From Phycisphaerae bacterium (lineage in GTDB: Bacteria > Planctomycetota > Phycisphaerae > UBA1845 > Fen-1342): a stretch of 64,000 bases of DNA. The notes below the pieces were generated by a model. It was given only the letters and a program-made list of their open reading frames with translations, had not been told where the DNA came from and ran no database searches. Where the stretch lies: assembly GCA_963675745.2 (NCBI GenBank), contig CAXXWX010000010.1, forward strand, positions 126,563-190,562. Reading direction: 5' to 3'. Every line of letters starts with the position of its first letter. The first letter of the stretch is position 1. Both the position numbers and the translations under genes were made by a program. Below, piece after piece: positions 47,514 to 56,398 of the stretch.

Positions 47514-48053
47514 ATGTCCGCAAAGCGCCCGGCGATAGTTGTTGGATTGGCCTTGATCTTGCTCACGCAGACCGGTTGCCTGTCCGTTGTCAAACACGCC
47601 TATTACGAGGCGCGCGGCGCGAAGGCCGAAGTCAAGGTCAACGGGGCGACCAATCACAACCTGCTGGCGTCTTGCGGTGACGTCGAGTTTGCGCCCGCCA
47701 CAACCACGCTCGACGCTGAGCTGTGCCCGCCTCGCGTCCTGCGCTATTATGACGAGCACGCCCGCAAACTGGCGGAACGTTTCAATGGACGCAATGGCGG
47801 CGGCTCAAGCGCTCTGAGAATCACCAGCGATATTCAGTACTTCGCGCCGAAAGGGCTGCTGGGCTCGGCGATGATGCTCACCCGCGTGAAGCTGACCAGC
47901 GCGGGCAGCCAGGTGCTCGACGCGGTCGTGGTCGCCGAGAGCAAGTCATTCCGTGCGGGCGGGGGCAATGCGCTCGCCGAGGCGTCAGTCAGCGGCCTGG
48001 GGAAGTATCTGGGAGAATCGCGCGACGATGGCGGGGATGCTGACGAGGACTGA
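47514..48053 (+). CDS. Hypothetical lipoprotein
   Basis: GGAGG RBS; signal peptide ending TGC. Confidence 0.65.
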   Translation: MSAKRPAIVVGLALILLTQTGCLSVVKHAYYEARGAKAEVKVNGATNHNLLASCGDVEFAPATTTLDAELCPPRVLRYYDEHARKLAERFNGRNGGGSSALRITSDIQYFAPKGLLGSAMMLTRVKLTSAGSQVLDAVVVAESKSFRAGGGNALAEASVSGLGKYLGESRDDGGDADED

Positions 48054-48078
48054 CGGCGGACGATCCGCTCACCGGACC

Positions 48079-48630
48079 TCAGCCGTGCCGCGCATAGGCG
48101 ATCGCGAAGCCGCCACCCACGATCATCGGTACGGCGTTCAGCGTCAGCAAGGCGTACGGATGACACCACTGCCAACCGATCAGGTCGCCGCCCTGCTCGG
48201 GTACCACCTGCGCAATCACCGAAAGCGGAATCAGCCACCAGTCGGCGTCCTGTTCTGAGAACGGCACGCCGTTGATTGCAAAGATGACGTGGTTGGCCGC
48301 CAGCACGACCAGGCCAAGTGCGAGCGCGAACCATGCGCAGTGTGGACCGCCCATCCCGGAGCCCCATTGCGTGATCTGGTAGATCAACCACACGATGCCG
48401 AAGGTGATCGGGATACGCATCCAGAGAATGGTCACGAAATTGGGGATGTACCACGCCAGCAAGCTCAGGCCCAGTCCGATCGCCACGGCGCCGCACAGGG
48501 CGCAGATAGCCCCGCGGCAAATACCGCGCTCGGGCGTCCACTCGTCGGCGCGATCCTTGTCGTAACCCAGTGGGTCGTTAAGCGGGCTCACCGACAAACT
48601 CCCCGGCCCAACCGGCCGCCGGCCGCTCAA
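48079..48630 (-). CDS. Hypothetical membrane protein
   Basis: Several hydrophobic segments; 4-nt overlap with the upstream ORF. Confidence 0.6.
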   Translation of the reverse strand: MSGRRPVGPGSLSVSPLNDPLGYDKDRADEWTPERGICRGAICALCGAVAIGLGLSLLAWYIPNFVTILWMRIPITFGIVWLIYQITQWGSGMGGPHCAWFALALGLVVLAANHVIFAINGVPFSEQDADWWLIPLSVIAQVVPEQGGDLIGWQWCHPYALLTLNAVPMIVGGGFAIAYARHG

Positions 48631-49052
48631 CCGTCGAGCAGATCGGCGATGGTCTTGATGTCCCTGATCGACTCCGCCTGGCCCTGGCCGTCAAACCAGA
48701 CACAAAACGCGCAGCGGTTTGAGAAGAAGTACTCGAGCACGAACCCGTTCGGCAGTTTGCCGCGCGAGAGATCACTCTTGATCAGGTCGAAGTCGAACGG
48801 CATCTTCTGGCTCGGCTCGCGCGTTTCGAGCACGTTGCCAAACGGGTCGGTCGTCTTCTTGATGATGAGGATCTGGTATTTGGTCGGCTCGGCGATGTCG
48901 ACGATCTTCGTCCAGGACATGCCGACCTTCATTTTGGCCTTGGCGTCGAGACCCTGCTGTGTCGGGTCGAAGGTGCTGACGCCGCCGGCATAGTAAACCA
49001 GCGCCAACGCAATGCCACCGATGACGATCAATCCCACGATGACTTTTACCAT
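48627..49052 (-). CDS. Hypothetical membrane-anchored protein
   Basis: GGAGGT RBS; N-terminal TM helix. Confidence 0.65.
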   Translation of the reverse strand: MVKVIVGLIVIGGIALALVYYAGGVSTFDPTQQGLDAKAKMKVGMSWTKIVDIAEPTKYQILIIKKTTDPFGNVLETREPSQKMPFDFDLIKSDLSRGKLPNGFVLEYFFSNRCAFCVWFDGQGQAESIRDIKTIADLLDG

Positions 49053-49188
49053 GATGTGTCACCTCCCTGTCGATGATGTGATCGAGACGGAGCCGCCTGC
49101 TGGTTTGACAGTGCAAGGAACCCCGACGCGCGGCATTCTACCCACGTGCTCGGATGTTGCAATCGCCGGGCTGACGCTTTACCGCCGG

Positions 49189-51438
49189 CTATCCGCCTGA
49201 TCCGGCCCGTGCGGCCGCCAGCGCCGCCTGGCCCAGGCTGACGCCGCCGTCGTTAGGGGGCACTTCCTGGTTGGTCCAGATCGTCGCCCCCGGGATGCCA
49301 ATATCGTGGATCATCTCGAGCAACAACGCGTTCTGATACACGCCGCCGGATAGTACGACCGTATCCAGCTTCTCGGATCGACACAATTCCCGGCCGATCT
49401 CGCGGACGGCGTCGGCCACGCTCAGGTGGAAACGCCGTGCAATATCCGCCGGCGAACGACCCGCGCCGCGGTCGGCTATGATTGCCCGCAACAGCGGGCG
49501 GTAATCAAGTTTGGCGAATGGGTACGGCGTATCACCGGCCCCGCGACGTGCAAGCTGCTCCAGCCAGATCGCCGCCTGCCCTTCAAACGTGATTTCACGC
49601 GTAAACCCGACCAAGGCGGCGACCGTGTCAAACAACCGTCCCATCGACGTCGTTTCAAACGTCCGCACGCGCTTGCGCGCCAGTTCCAGCGCGGCGGAAA
49701 AACGCGACGGCAGTTCGAACGGCTGCCGAGTGACATCCGGCAGATCATCAAGCGCCGCGAGAAAGCCGGCGGCCGCTTGCGCGGGACACCGCGCCGCGGC
49801 GTCTCCACCCGGTAGCAACGCCGGGTGAAGGTGCGTGACGCGCTCGAATCCGGCGTGCAGCCCGCCGACAAACACCTCCCCGCCCCAGATCGTGCCGTCG
49901 TCGCCGTAGCCGGTGCCGTCAAACGCGAACCCGACCACACGTTTGTCCCACGCACCGCGCTCGGCCAGCACTGAGGCGATGTGCGCGCGATGATGCTGAA
50001 CGGCGTGTTTCTCGCCGGAGAGCTCGCGCGTGTAGCGTGTCGAGGCATATTCCGGGTGCGCGTCGTGCGCGACGAGCAGCTCATCGCGGCGCACGTCATA
50101 CATGTCGAGCAAATCGCGGACCGTCTCGCGAAACGCCGTCAGCGACTCGCCGTATTCCAAATCCCCGATGTGCTGACTTACGAGCGCCTCGCCGGCGACG
50201 ACCAATGCGATGGTGTTCTTCAGGTCCGGGCCGACCGCCAGAATCGGCCGCTTGGTCGGTATGCCCGCCACGGCGCCGGGGGCGTACCCGCGAGCTCGTC
50301 GCAGGATCACCGGCCCCGCCGGCCCGACACGCACGACCGAGTCATCCACGCGGCGCGCGATCTCGCGTTGGCCGATGAGGAACGCGTCCGCGATGCCGCC
50401 CAGGTCACGCAGCGCCTCGTCGTCACGGTAGGCCAGCGGCTCATTCGAGCGGTTGGCGCTGGTCATGACCAGCGCCGCCGGCGCGCCGGCGTCAAACAGC
50501 AGGTGGTGCAGCGGCGTATAGGGCAGCATGATGCCCAGCTCGTGATTGCCGGGGGCGACACCGGGCAGCTCCTGACGCGCCGGCGCCAGCACGATCGGCC
50601 GCGCGATGTCCATCAGCAGGGCCGTGCCCGTGGCGTCCAGTTCGACTACGGTGTGCGCGACATCGAGGTCGCGGACCATCAGGGCGAAGGGCTTCTCTTT
50701 GCGATATTTACGCTCGCGCAGTGCGGCGACCGCCGTCGCGTTATGCGCATCACACGCCAGGTGGTAGCCCCCCAGACCTTTCACCGCGCAGATACCGCCC
50801 GCGCGCAGCAGCTTTGCCGCCGCCGTTATGCTGGCGGCGCTGCCCCGTGTCACATCCTCGCCGGCGTGCAGCTCGAAACCCGGCCCGCACGCCGGGCAGG
50901 CCACCGGCTGGGCGTGAAAACGTCGATCCAGCGGGTCGTGATATTCGCGCGCGCACTGCGGACACAACGGCCAGTCCTTCATCGTCGTCATGGGCCGGTC
51001 GTAGGGCAGCCCGAGGATTATGCTGTGACGCGGGCCGCAGTCCGTGCAGTTGATGTACGGATAGCCCTGGCGGCGAGCGCCGTCTTCGCGCATTTCGTCC
51101 AGGCACGCTTCGCAGACCGGTAAGTCCGGCGAGATGCGCACCGTCGGCTGATCTTCGCCGCGGCTGAGGACGATCCGAAAATCGCCGAGCCCTTCAGCGG
51201 GCACATCGCGCGTGGTAAGTTCGGCGATGCGCGCTGCGGGCGGGGCATTATCTCGCAGGTCGGCTGCGAACAGGCGCAACGGCTCCTCGGCGCCCTCGAC
51301 GTGAATCTCCACGCCGCGCTCACCGTTGCGTACCCAACCGGTCAACCCGCGCGCCATGGCGGCGCGGTAGACGAAGGGTCGAAACCCGACGCCCTGCACC
51401 ACGCCACGAATCTGGATGTATCGGGCCAGGATCGGCAT
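49189..51438 (-). CDS. hypF: [NiFe]-hydrogenase maturation carbamoyltransferase HypF
   Basis: GVVQGVGFRPFV, two zinc fingers, KGLGGYHLACDA, SQHIGDL, QHHRAH, DGTGYG and PPNDGGVSLGQ. Confidence 0.96.
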   Translation of the reverse strand: MPILARYIQIRGVVQGVGFRPFVYRAAMARGLTGWVRNGERGVEIHVEGAEEPLRLFAADLRDNAPPAARIAELTTRDVPAEGLGDFRIVLSRGEDQPTVRISPDLPVCEACLDEMREDGARRQGYPYINCTDCGPRHSIILGLPYDRPMTTMKDWPLCPQCAREYHDPLDRRFHAQPVACPACGPGFELHAGEDVTRGSAASITAAAKLLRAGGICAVKGLGGYHLACDAHNATAVAALRERKYRKEKPFALMVRDLDVAHTVVELDATGTALLMDIARPIVLAPARQELPGVAPGNHELGIMLPYTPLHHLLFDAGAPAALVMTSANRSNEPLAYRDDEALRDLGGIADAFLIGQREIARRVDDSVVRVGPAGPVILRRARGYAPGAVAGIPTKRPILAVGPDLKNTIALVVAGEALVSQHIGDLEYGESLTAFRETVRDLLDMYDVRRDELLVAHDAHPEYASTRYTRELSGEKHAVQHHRAHIASVLAERGAWDKRVVGFAFDGTGYGDDGTIWGGEVFVGGLHAGFERVTHLHPALLPGGDAAARCPAQAAAGFLAALDDLPDVTRQPFELPSRFSAALELARKRVRTFETTSMGRLFDTVAALVGFTREITFEGQAAIWLEQLARRGAGDTPYPFAKLDYRPLLRAIIADRGAGRSPADIARRFHLSVADAVREIGRELCRSEKLDTVVLSGGVYQNALLLEMIHDIGIPGATIWTNQEVPPNDGGVSLGQAALAAARAGSGG

Positions 51439-51504
51439 ACGTCAGGCCATGGTATGCGAGCAACGGCGTGCGCCAAAGGGGTACGCGGCTCGCAGCCTGA
51501 CATC

Positions 51505-51805
51505 CCCGAGCCGCGATCAACCGGCCGAGGCCGTCGTACGCGAACCGCCAAAGCACCGCCCCCGGCGCGTTCGGCGTCGCCGCGCCGAGGATCTTGCCGC
51601 AGGTCGGCGAGTTCGGGTCGGCGTTGAAGCACGCCGCCGTCAGGCAGGTGTTCGGGTCGTAATTGTACACGCCCCTCGGATCGACGCGCGCGTGTGCCAC
51701 GGCTCTGTGAGCCGTGTTCTTTCAGCGTCCTGGATGGCGCCAGGCGGTTGAAGGCGTCGTATTGATAGAAGTACTGGCCGTCGAAGACGAGATTGCCCGC
51801 CGGCG
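51505..51805 (-). pseudogene. Degenerate Rhs core fragment
   Basis: GNLVFDGQYFYQYDAFNRL in one frame and WRFAYDGLGRLIAA in another. Confidence 0.7.
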
Positions 51806-51816
51806 CCGTATCCCTG

Positions 51817-52260
51817 TTACACCGAATCGGTGCCCGGTGACTCCGATTCCTTCTGGGCAGCATTGACCACCCCTATGGCGCGCAACCTCATGTAGTCGGA
51901 GATATCCAAATAGGAGGAGAGTATCGGAAACTCATCCCGACGCGCCAATAGCCAGTCCATGAGATCCGGCTGTGCTTCCAGCGCGAGTTTCTCCAGTTCG
52001 GCTTTCCGATCCTGCAAGTGCGCAGGATCACGACTATCGGCAATGGTCTTAACGTGGCCGGCGATGTCATCGCTGAATAACTCGACCGAGAACATAATCT
52101 CGTCGCCTGGTGGATTGTTGTCCAGTGCGAATCGTTCGTGGCCTGCGCCCTGATAGATTTTGATCGATTGCTCCCACAAGCCGATGAGGTGTTGCTGCAG
52201 TTGGCTACGGTATTCCGTAATGCCATCGCTACATCCCATTCGCCAGATTAAGGATTCCAT
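51817..52260 (-). CDS. Putative immunity protein for the upstream Rhs toxin
   Basis: Small acidic helical ORF whose ATG (52260) overlaps the toxin 3' end; lower GC than the flanking DNA. Confidence 0.6.
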   Translation of the reverse strand: MESLIWRMGCSDGITEYRSQLQQHLIGLWEQSIKIYQGAGHERFALDNNPPGDEIMFSVELFSDDIAGHVKTIADSRDPAHLQDRKAELEKLALEAQPDLMDWLLARRDEFPILSSYLDISDYMRLRAIGVVNAAQKESESPGTDSV

Positions 52261-53490
52261 CCGTAGGATACAATTCGGCCTCCACGTTCGATTATCCACT
52301 CACCGTTGTTTTTCAGCCACTTGATACTACCATCGCTACGGATCGTTCTCCTCGCGCCACGTTTGTTGAAGTTCGCGGCCTTTCTCAAGTACTTGAGAAC
52401 ATCTCCACCATGTTCCGCGGCATGGTATCGAATACTCTCCGCCAAGGTTCTCGACGTCGATTTGTCCCACAAGCTCATCAGCTTCTTCATTTCGCGAAGG
52501 TTCGTGCGCCCGCCGCTGCCGAGCAGCCCTTTCACTGGCCCACTGGCAAAGTCCGCGAATTGGGCGCCGGCCGTGAGGATACCGAGGACTAGAATAGCAT
52601 TTCGCGCGGCCTGGGTGCACTGCTGCATCTGGAGCGCGCCATCCTGATTACCTGCGGCGCTCATGTCGGCGAACAGCTCGAGCTGGAGATTTCTCTCCTC
52701 CATGAAGCCGGCGATCCCCCCAAGCGCATCCAGCACTGAGATGCCGTGCTCGGCGGTATCGGTGGCCATGTCGGTAGCCCAAGGGTGTGCAGATAGCGTA
52801 CCCGCAAAGCTGAACAAGCCAGAGGATCTTGTGCTCTGACCGGGTAGCCGGTCCCCGGGCAGTACAGGTTGAGGCAATCATTCAAGTGCAGCCATACGTC
52901 GAGAGACGGTGCGGCCGATTCCGGCGTAAAGCCGTGCATCGTAAAGCCAAGCGGCAACGGCAGCCCCGACTCGTTCATATCCCGCTGCACAAACCGCCCC
53001 AGCGCGGGGCTGTACCAGCGCGCCCGATTGTAATACAGCCCAACCGACGCCGGCGTCAGGGCTGCGGCGGTTCCGTCGCCATCAAGCCGGTAGAAGAACA
53101 GGCCCTGGTGGCCCATGGCGGTTTCTGGTGCGTTTGGATCGAGATCGTCGCGTACGATCGGTTCGCCGTAGGGCGTGTATTGCCACTGCGTCAGCACCAC
53201 GCCGTTGGGATCGACCAGGGCCACGACGTTGAAGTTGGCGTCCTGGAGCACGAACGTCGTGACGGCGTTCGGATCGTCGGCGTTGTCGATCACTGCCGCG
53301 AATTCGTCCACGTAGCCCGGTCCGTACACGTAATCACGCCTCGTCGCGGCGGCGTAGTTCGGATCAGCCGGCACATCGAGCGTCCGCGTCTGAATCCGCC
53401 GCACGCCGTCGTAGTAATACGCCGCCGTCATTGTACCGCCATCGGCCCGCGGCCGCCGGGCCTCGATCAGCCGGCCAAGGCCGTCGTTCG
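52248..53490 (-). pseudogene. Orphan Rhs core end plus C-terminal toxin, frameshifted at the DPxGL site
   Basis: YYYDGVRR, QDANFNVVAL, QYTPYGE, GHQGL and LYYNRARWYSP.LGRFVQRD. GAT CC- TCT GGC TTG at ~52824 restores DPSGL if one base is added. The basic toxin tip is SIRYHAAEHG..Y..A..F..G.I.SYG. Confidence 0.8.
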
Positions 53491-53721
53491 TCCCGTTCAG
53501 TTCGCCGAGGTACGCCGCGGACGCGCACTACTCGCCAGCCGGCACACCTGGGCACATCATACGATGCGTGGCCAGTCGCGCGCGAGAAGCGCCCGCCCGC
53601 CGGCGACGCCGGCATTTGCCGCCGGCGCGGGTTGACGCGCTGCGCGTGTGCCGCCATAACGTTACGCGCGAACGCCCCGTCGGGTCGGCCACCCGACGCA
53701 CGCCGCTCGGAGGAATCAATC

Positions 53722-54210
53722 ATGCCACGTAGACCGCTCGCCGCCGTCGTTGCCGTTGTGACCCTCACCGCTTTTACCTCCACGTTTGCCGATGCCGAAC
53801 AACGCTACACCCTGCGGCCGCGTTTCGCGGTCGGGCAGCGTTGGAGCGAGCAACGCACGAACACCGTCGAGATGACGACCGCCATCAAGGTGGACCAGCA
53901 GGTCTTCGAGCGTCATGAGCAGTCGTCACGCAACACGCTGGAAATCGAGTGGGAGGTGCTGGCACTGGACGACGGCGTCCCAACCGCCGCCCGCGTCGCC
54001 TTCGGCCCCAATTGCGGCACGCAGGTTCAGCAGGACGGCCAATCGGAGTCGATCAAGTTTCCCGCCGCCGGCACGACCGTCACGGCCCGGCGACTGCCGG
54101 ACGGCAACGTCGAATACCAGCCCGCCTCGGCCAAGACGCCCGAGGTCGAGGGCGTCTTCGAAGACCTCTTCGAGGTGGACGAGGGCGCGTATCCGCGGCA
54201 ACCGATCGCC
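53722..54210 (+). CDS. Secreted hypothetical protein, truncated at the junction
   Basis: GGAGG RBS; signal peptide MPRRPLAAVVAVV..FADA; after ~54210 the frame runs into the antisense strand of the GT gene. Confidence 0.6.
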
Positions 54211-54801
54211 GAAACTGAGCTGATTGTCGGCCGAGGAGTTGATGACGGCGTGCAGGATCGACGGCAGATGGGGCGGAAATGCCATGTTCAGATATTCCCA
54301 GACGGCATTGGTCTTGAAATGCTGCCGTTCCCAGAAAAAGTCATGGTGATGCGCGATGGTCTTGATGCCCGTTTCCGAAATCACCTCGGTCAGCGCCATC
54401 CCCAACGGAAGATTCAGGGGGATGGTCAAGGCGTTTTCCGGCACCAGCAGATCGATGTCGAACGACTCGATGAACCGGTAGAGCTGGTCCTTGAGCGCTT
54501 CCTTGACCGCGTGGATCTGCCGGGTCACCGACCGCTCCCGCACCCGTTTCCCGAAACATTTCCGGTAGATATCCTGGATTTCAGGATGCTTGAAATGGGC
54601 CTTGGGAACCTGAAACGATCGCTCCGGCGGCCGATCGACCTCACCGGCAAAGTAGACGCACCTGAATCCCTGCTTTTCGAATACCTGGGCCCATTTTTCC
54701 GTCTCGAGCGAGACGCCGTCGGTGCCGGCGAACCGGGTCGAGATGAAGCCCGCACAATGCTCACGCTGACAGTCGCTGCAATACGCCATGGTCGACTCCA
54801 T
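54210..54801 (-). CDS. GT4-family glycosyltransferase (MggS-like), 3'-truncated at the junction
   Basis: GFISTRFAGTDGVSLETEKW, ENALTIPLNLPLG, HHHDFFWER and HAVINS; homology ends at NQLS. Confidence 0.8.
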
Positions 54802-54981
54802 CGGAGGATCGTTCACCGCCACGAACAACCCTTCATAAAATTTGAAATGCTCAGCCTGGGTCTGTATATATCGACATGTATCGTCGGAAACGGCGCTTTT
54901 CTTTAATTGCGGGAACGGTTGGACGGGCCGGCGGCGTTGGCCGGCGATCCTGTCGAATTATGCCGGCCGCCGGCCGCGTTG

Positions 54982-55701
54982 TCAAGCACCGACGGGCGCC
55001 GGCCGCCTTCGGCTGTAGGGACAGGCCCGGATGCAAATACCGCAGATCGGCGCCCCCACATGCGCCAGGGCCGCAAATGCGGTGACCTGACTGACACAGC
55101 GCTCGAAGTCAAGCGCTTCCTCCCGGCTGGCATAGTGACGATCGGTGGAAACGCCCCGGATGGCACCGGCCGGGCAGGCCTCCCGGCATTTCATACACGG
55201 GCCGCAGCGGTTCTCCAGCGGTGCATCGACGGTCAGCGGTGCATCGGTCAGCACGGTGACCAGCCGCACGCACGATCCGAAATCAGGGGTGATCACGAGA
55301 AGGTTCTTTCCCTGCCATCCCAGGCCGGCGGCGATGGCGACGGCCTTGTGACTGATGGCGCCCATCCAGCGCTGTTTATCGAGCACCTGCGAGGCCGGAA
55401 TCGGCAGCGCTTCGAACCCCATCGATTGCAGCATAACGGCCGACTGAAGGGCGATGTCGTCCAGCCGCCGATTGGCGGTCTGGTAAAGAGCGGCGTAAAG
55501 CGGTGTCGGCCGGTCATCGATCCGGGCAAACACGCTGAAAGGAAGCTGGACCGCAATGGCAACGGCCCGGGTATAGGCATCGAGCAGATCAGACGGATCG
55601 ACCGGCAGGGTTCGCAATACGTCGACATCGGCAACACCGACCCGGTCGGCGCCGAAAGCACGGATCTTTTTTTTGACGTCTTCGGTGGACGGTACCGGCA
55701 T
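54982..55701 (-). CDS. QueG-like (epoxyqueuosine reductase / reductive dehalogenase-type) 4Fe-4S protein
   Basis: SHKAVAIAAGLGWQGKNLL, CGPCMKCREACP and CGICIRACP; AGGAGG RBS. Confidence 0.8.
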   Translation of the reverse strand: MPVPSTEDVKKKIRAFGADRVGVADVDVLRTLPVDPSDLLDAYTRAVAIAVQLPFSVFARIDDRPTPLYAALYQTANRRLDDIALQSAVMLQSMGFEALPIPASQVLDKQRWMGAISHKAVAIAAGLGWQGKNLLVITPDFGSCVRLVTVLTDAPLTVDAPLENRCGPCMKCREACPAGAIRGVSTDRHYASREEALDFERCVSQVTAFAALAHVGAPICGICIRACPYSRRRPAPVGA

Positions 55702-55718
55702 GTAAATCCTCCTTGGCA

Positions 55719-56306
55719 TCAGGGTTGCAAAGACGACCGGTCGATCTCACGATGGCGGAAGCAGTCGATCAGGTGGTCGTTGACCAGCCCCACGGCCTGC
55801 ATGAAAGCATAACAGATCGTGGGACCGGCAAAGGTGAAGCCCCGTTGTTTCAGATCACGACTCAGAACGGCCGACAGCGCCGTTTCGGCAGGCACCTGGT
55901 CCGGAAGCCGCCAGTGGTTCGTCAACGGCCGTCCATCGACAAATCCCCACAAATAGGTGTCAAAACTGCCGCAATCGGCCTGTACCTTCAGGAAAGCGCG
56001 TGCGTTGGTTACCGCCGAACGAATTTTCAGGCGATTGCGAACGATGCCCCGATCGGACCGCAGCCGTTCGATTCGCCCGGCGTCGAAGGCGGCCACGTGA
56101 ACCGGATCGAAGCCCTCGAAGGCACGGCGGTAATGCGCCCTTTTCCTGAGAATCGTCAGCCAGCTCAGGCCCGCCTGGGCACCTTCCAGCACCAGAAATT
56201 CAAACAACCGGCGGTCATCATGCAGGGGGACCCCCCACTCGACATCGTGGTAAGCCACGTAAAGCGGATCATTCCCCGCCCACGGACAACGATAACGGAC
56301 TTCCAT
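55719..56306 (-). CDS. tag: DNA-3-methyladenine glycosylase I
   Basis: RCPWA..YHD.EWG, LEGAQAGLSW, GIVRNRLKI and MQAVGLVNDH..C. Confidence 0.96.
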   Translation of the reverse strand: MEVRYRCPWAGNDPLYVAYHDVEWGVPLHDDRRLFEFLVLEGAQAGLSWLTILRKRAHYRRAFEGFDPVHVAAFDAGRIERLRSDRGIVRNRLKIRSAVTNARAFLKVQADCGSFDTYLWGFVDGRPLTNHWRLPDQVPAETALSAVLSRDLKQRGFTFAGPTICYAFMQAVGLVNDHLIDCFRHREIDRSSLQP

Positions 56307-56398
56307 CTTCACCTCCACCCATCGATCGGCGGCGAGCCATACCGGCCGTTGATCCGGCCCCGTCCGACCCGGTGTCGCCGGGTGTCACCCCCCGACGC

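Noticed and set aside
53431..54906. 491-aa plus-strand ORF and the last ~95 aa of ORF 53926..54828
   Set aside because: Chimeric products of the junction at ~54210; each continues as the antisense of the other gene.
54982..55701. Calling this gene queG or a reductive dehalogenase
   Set aside because: It is short and lacks the extra QueG domains and an RdhA Tat signal, so it is left at family level.
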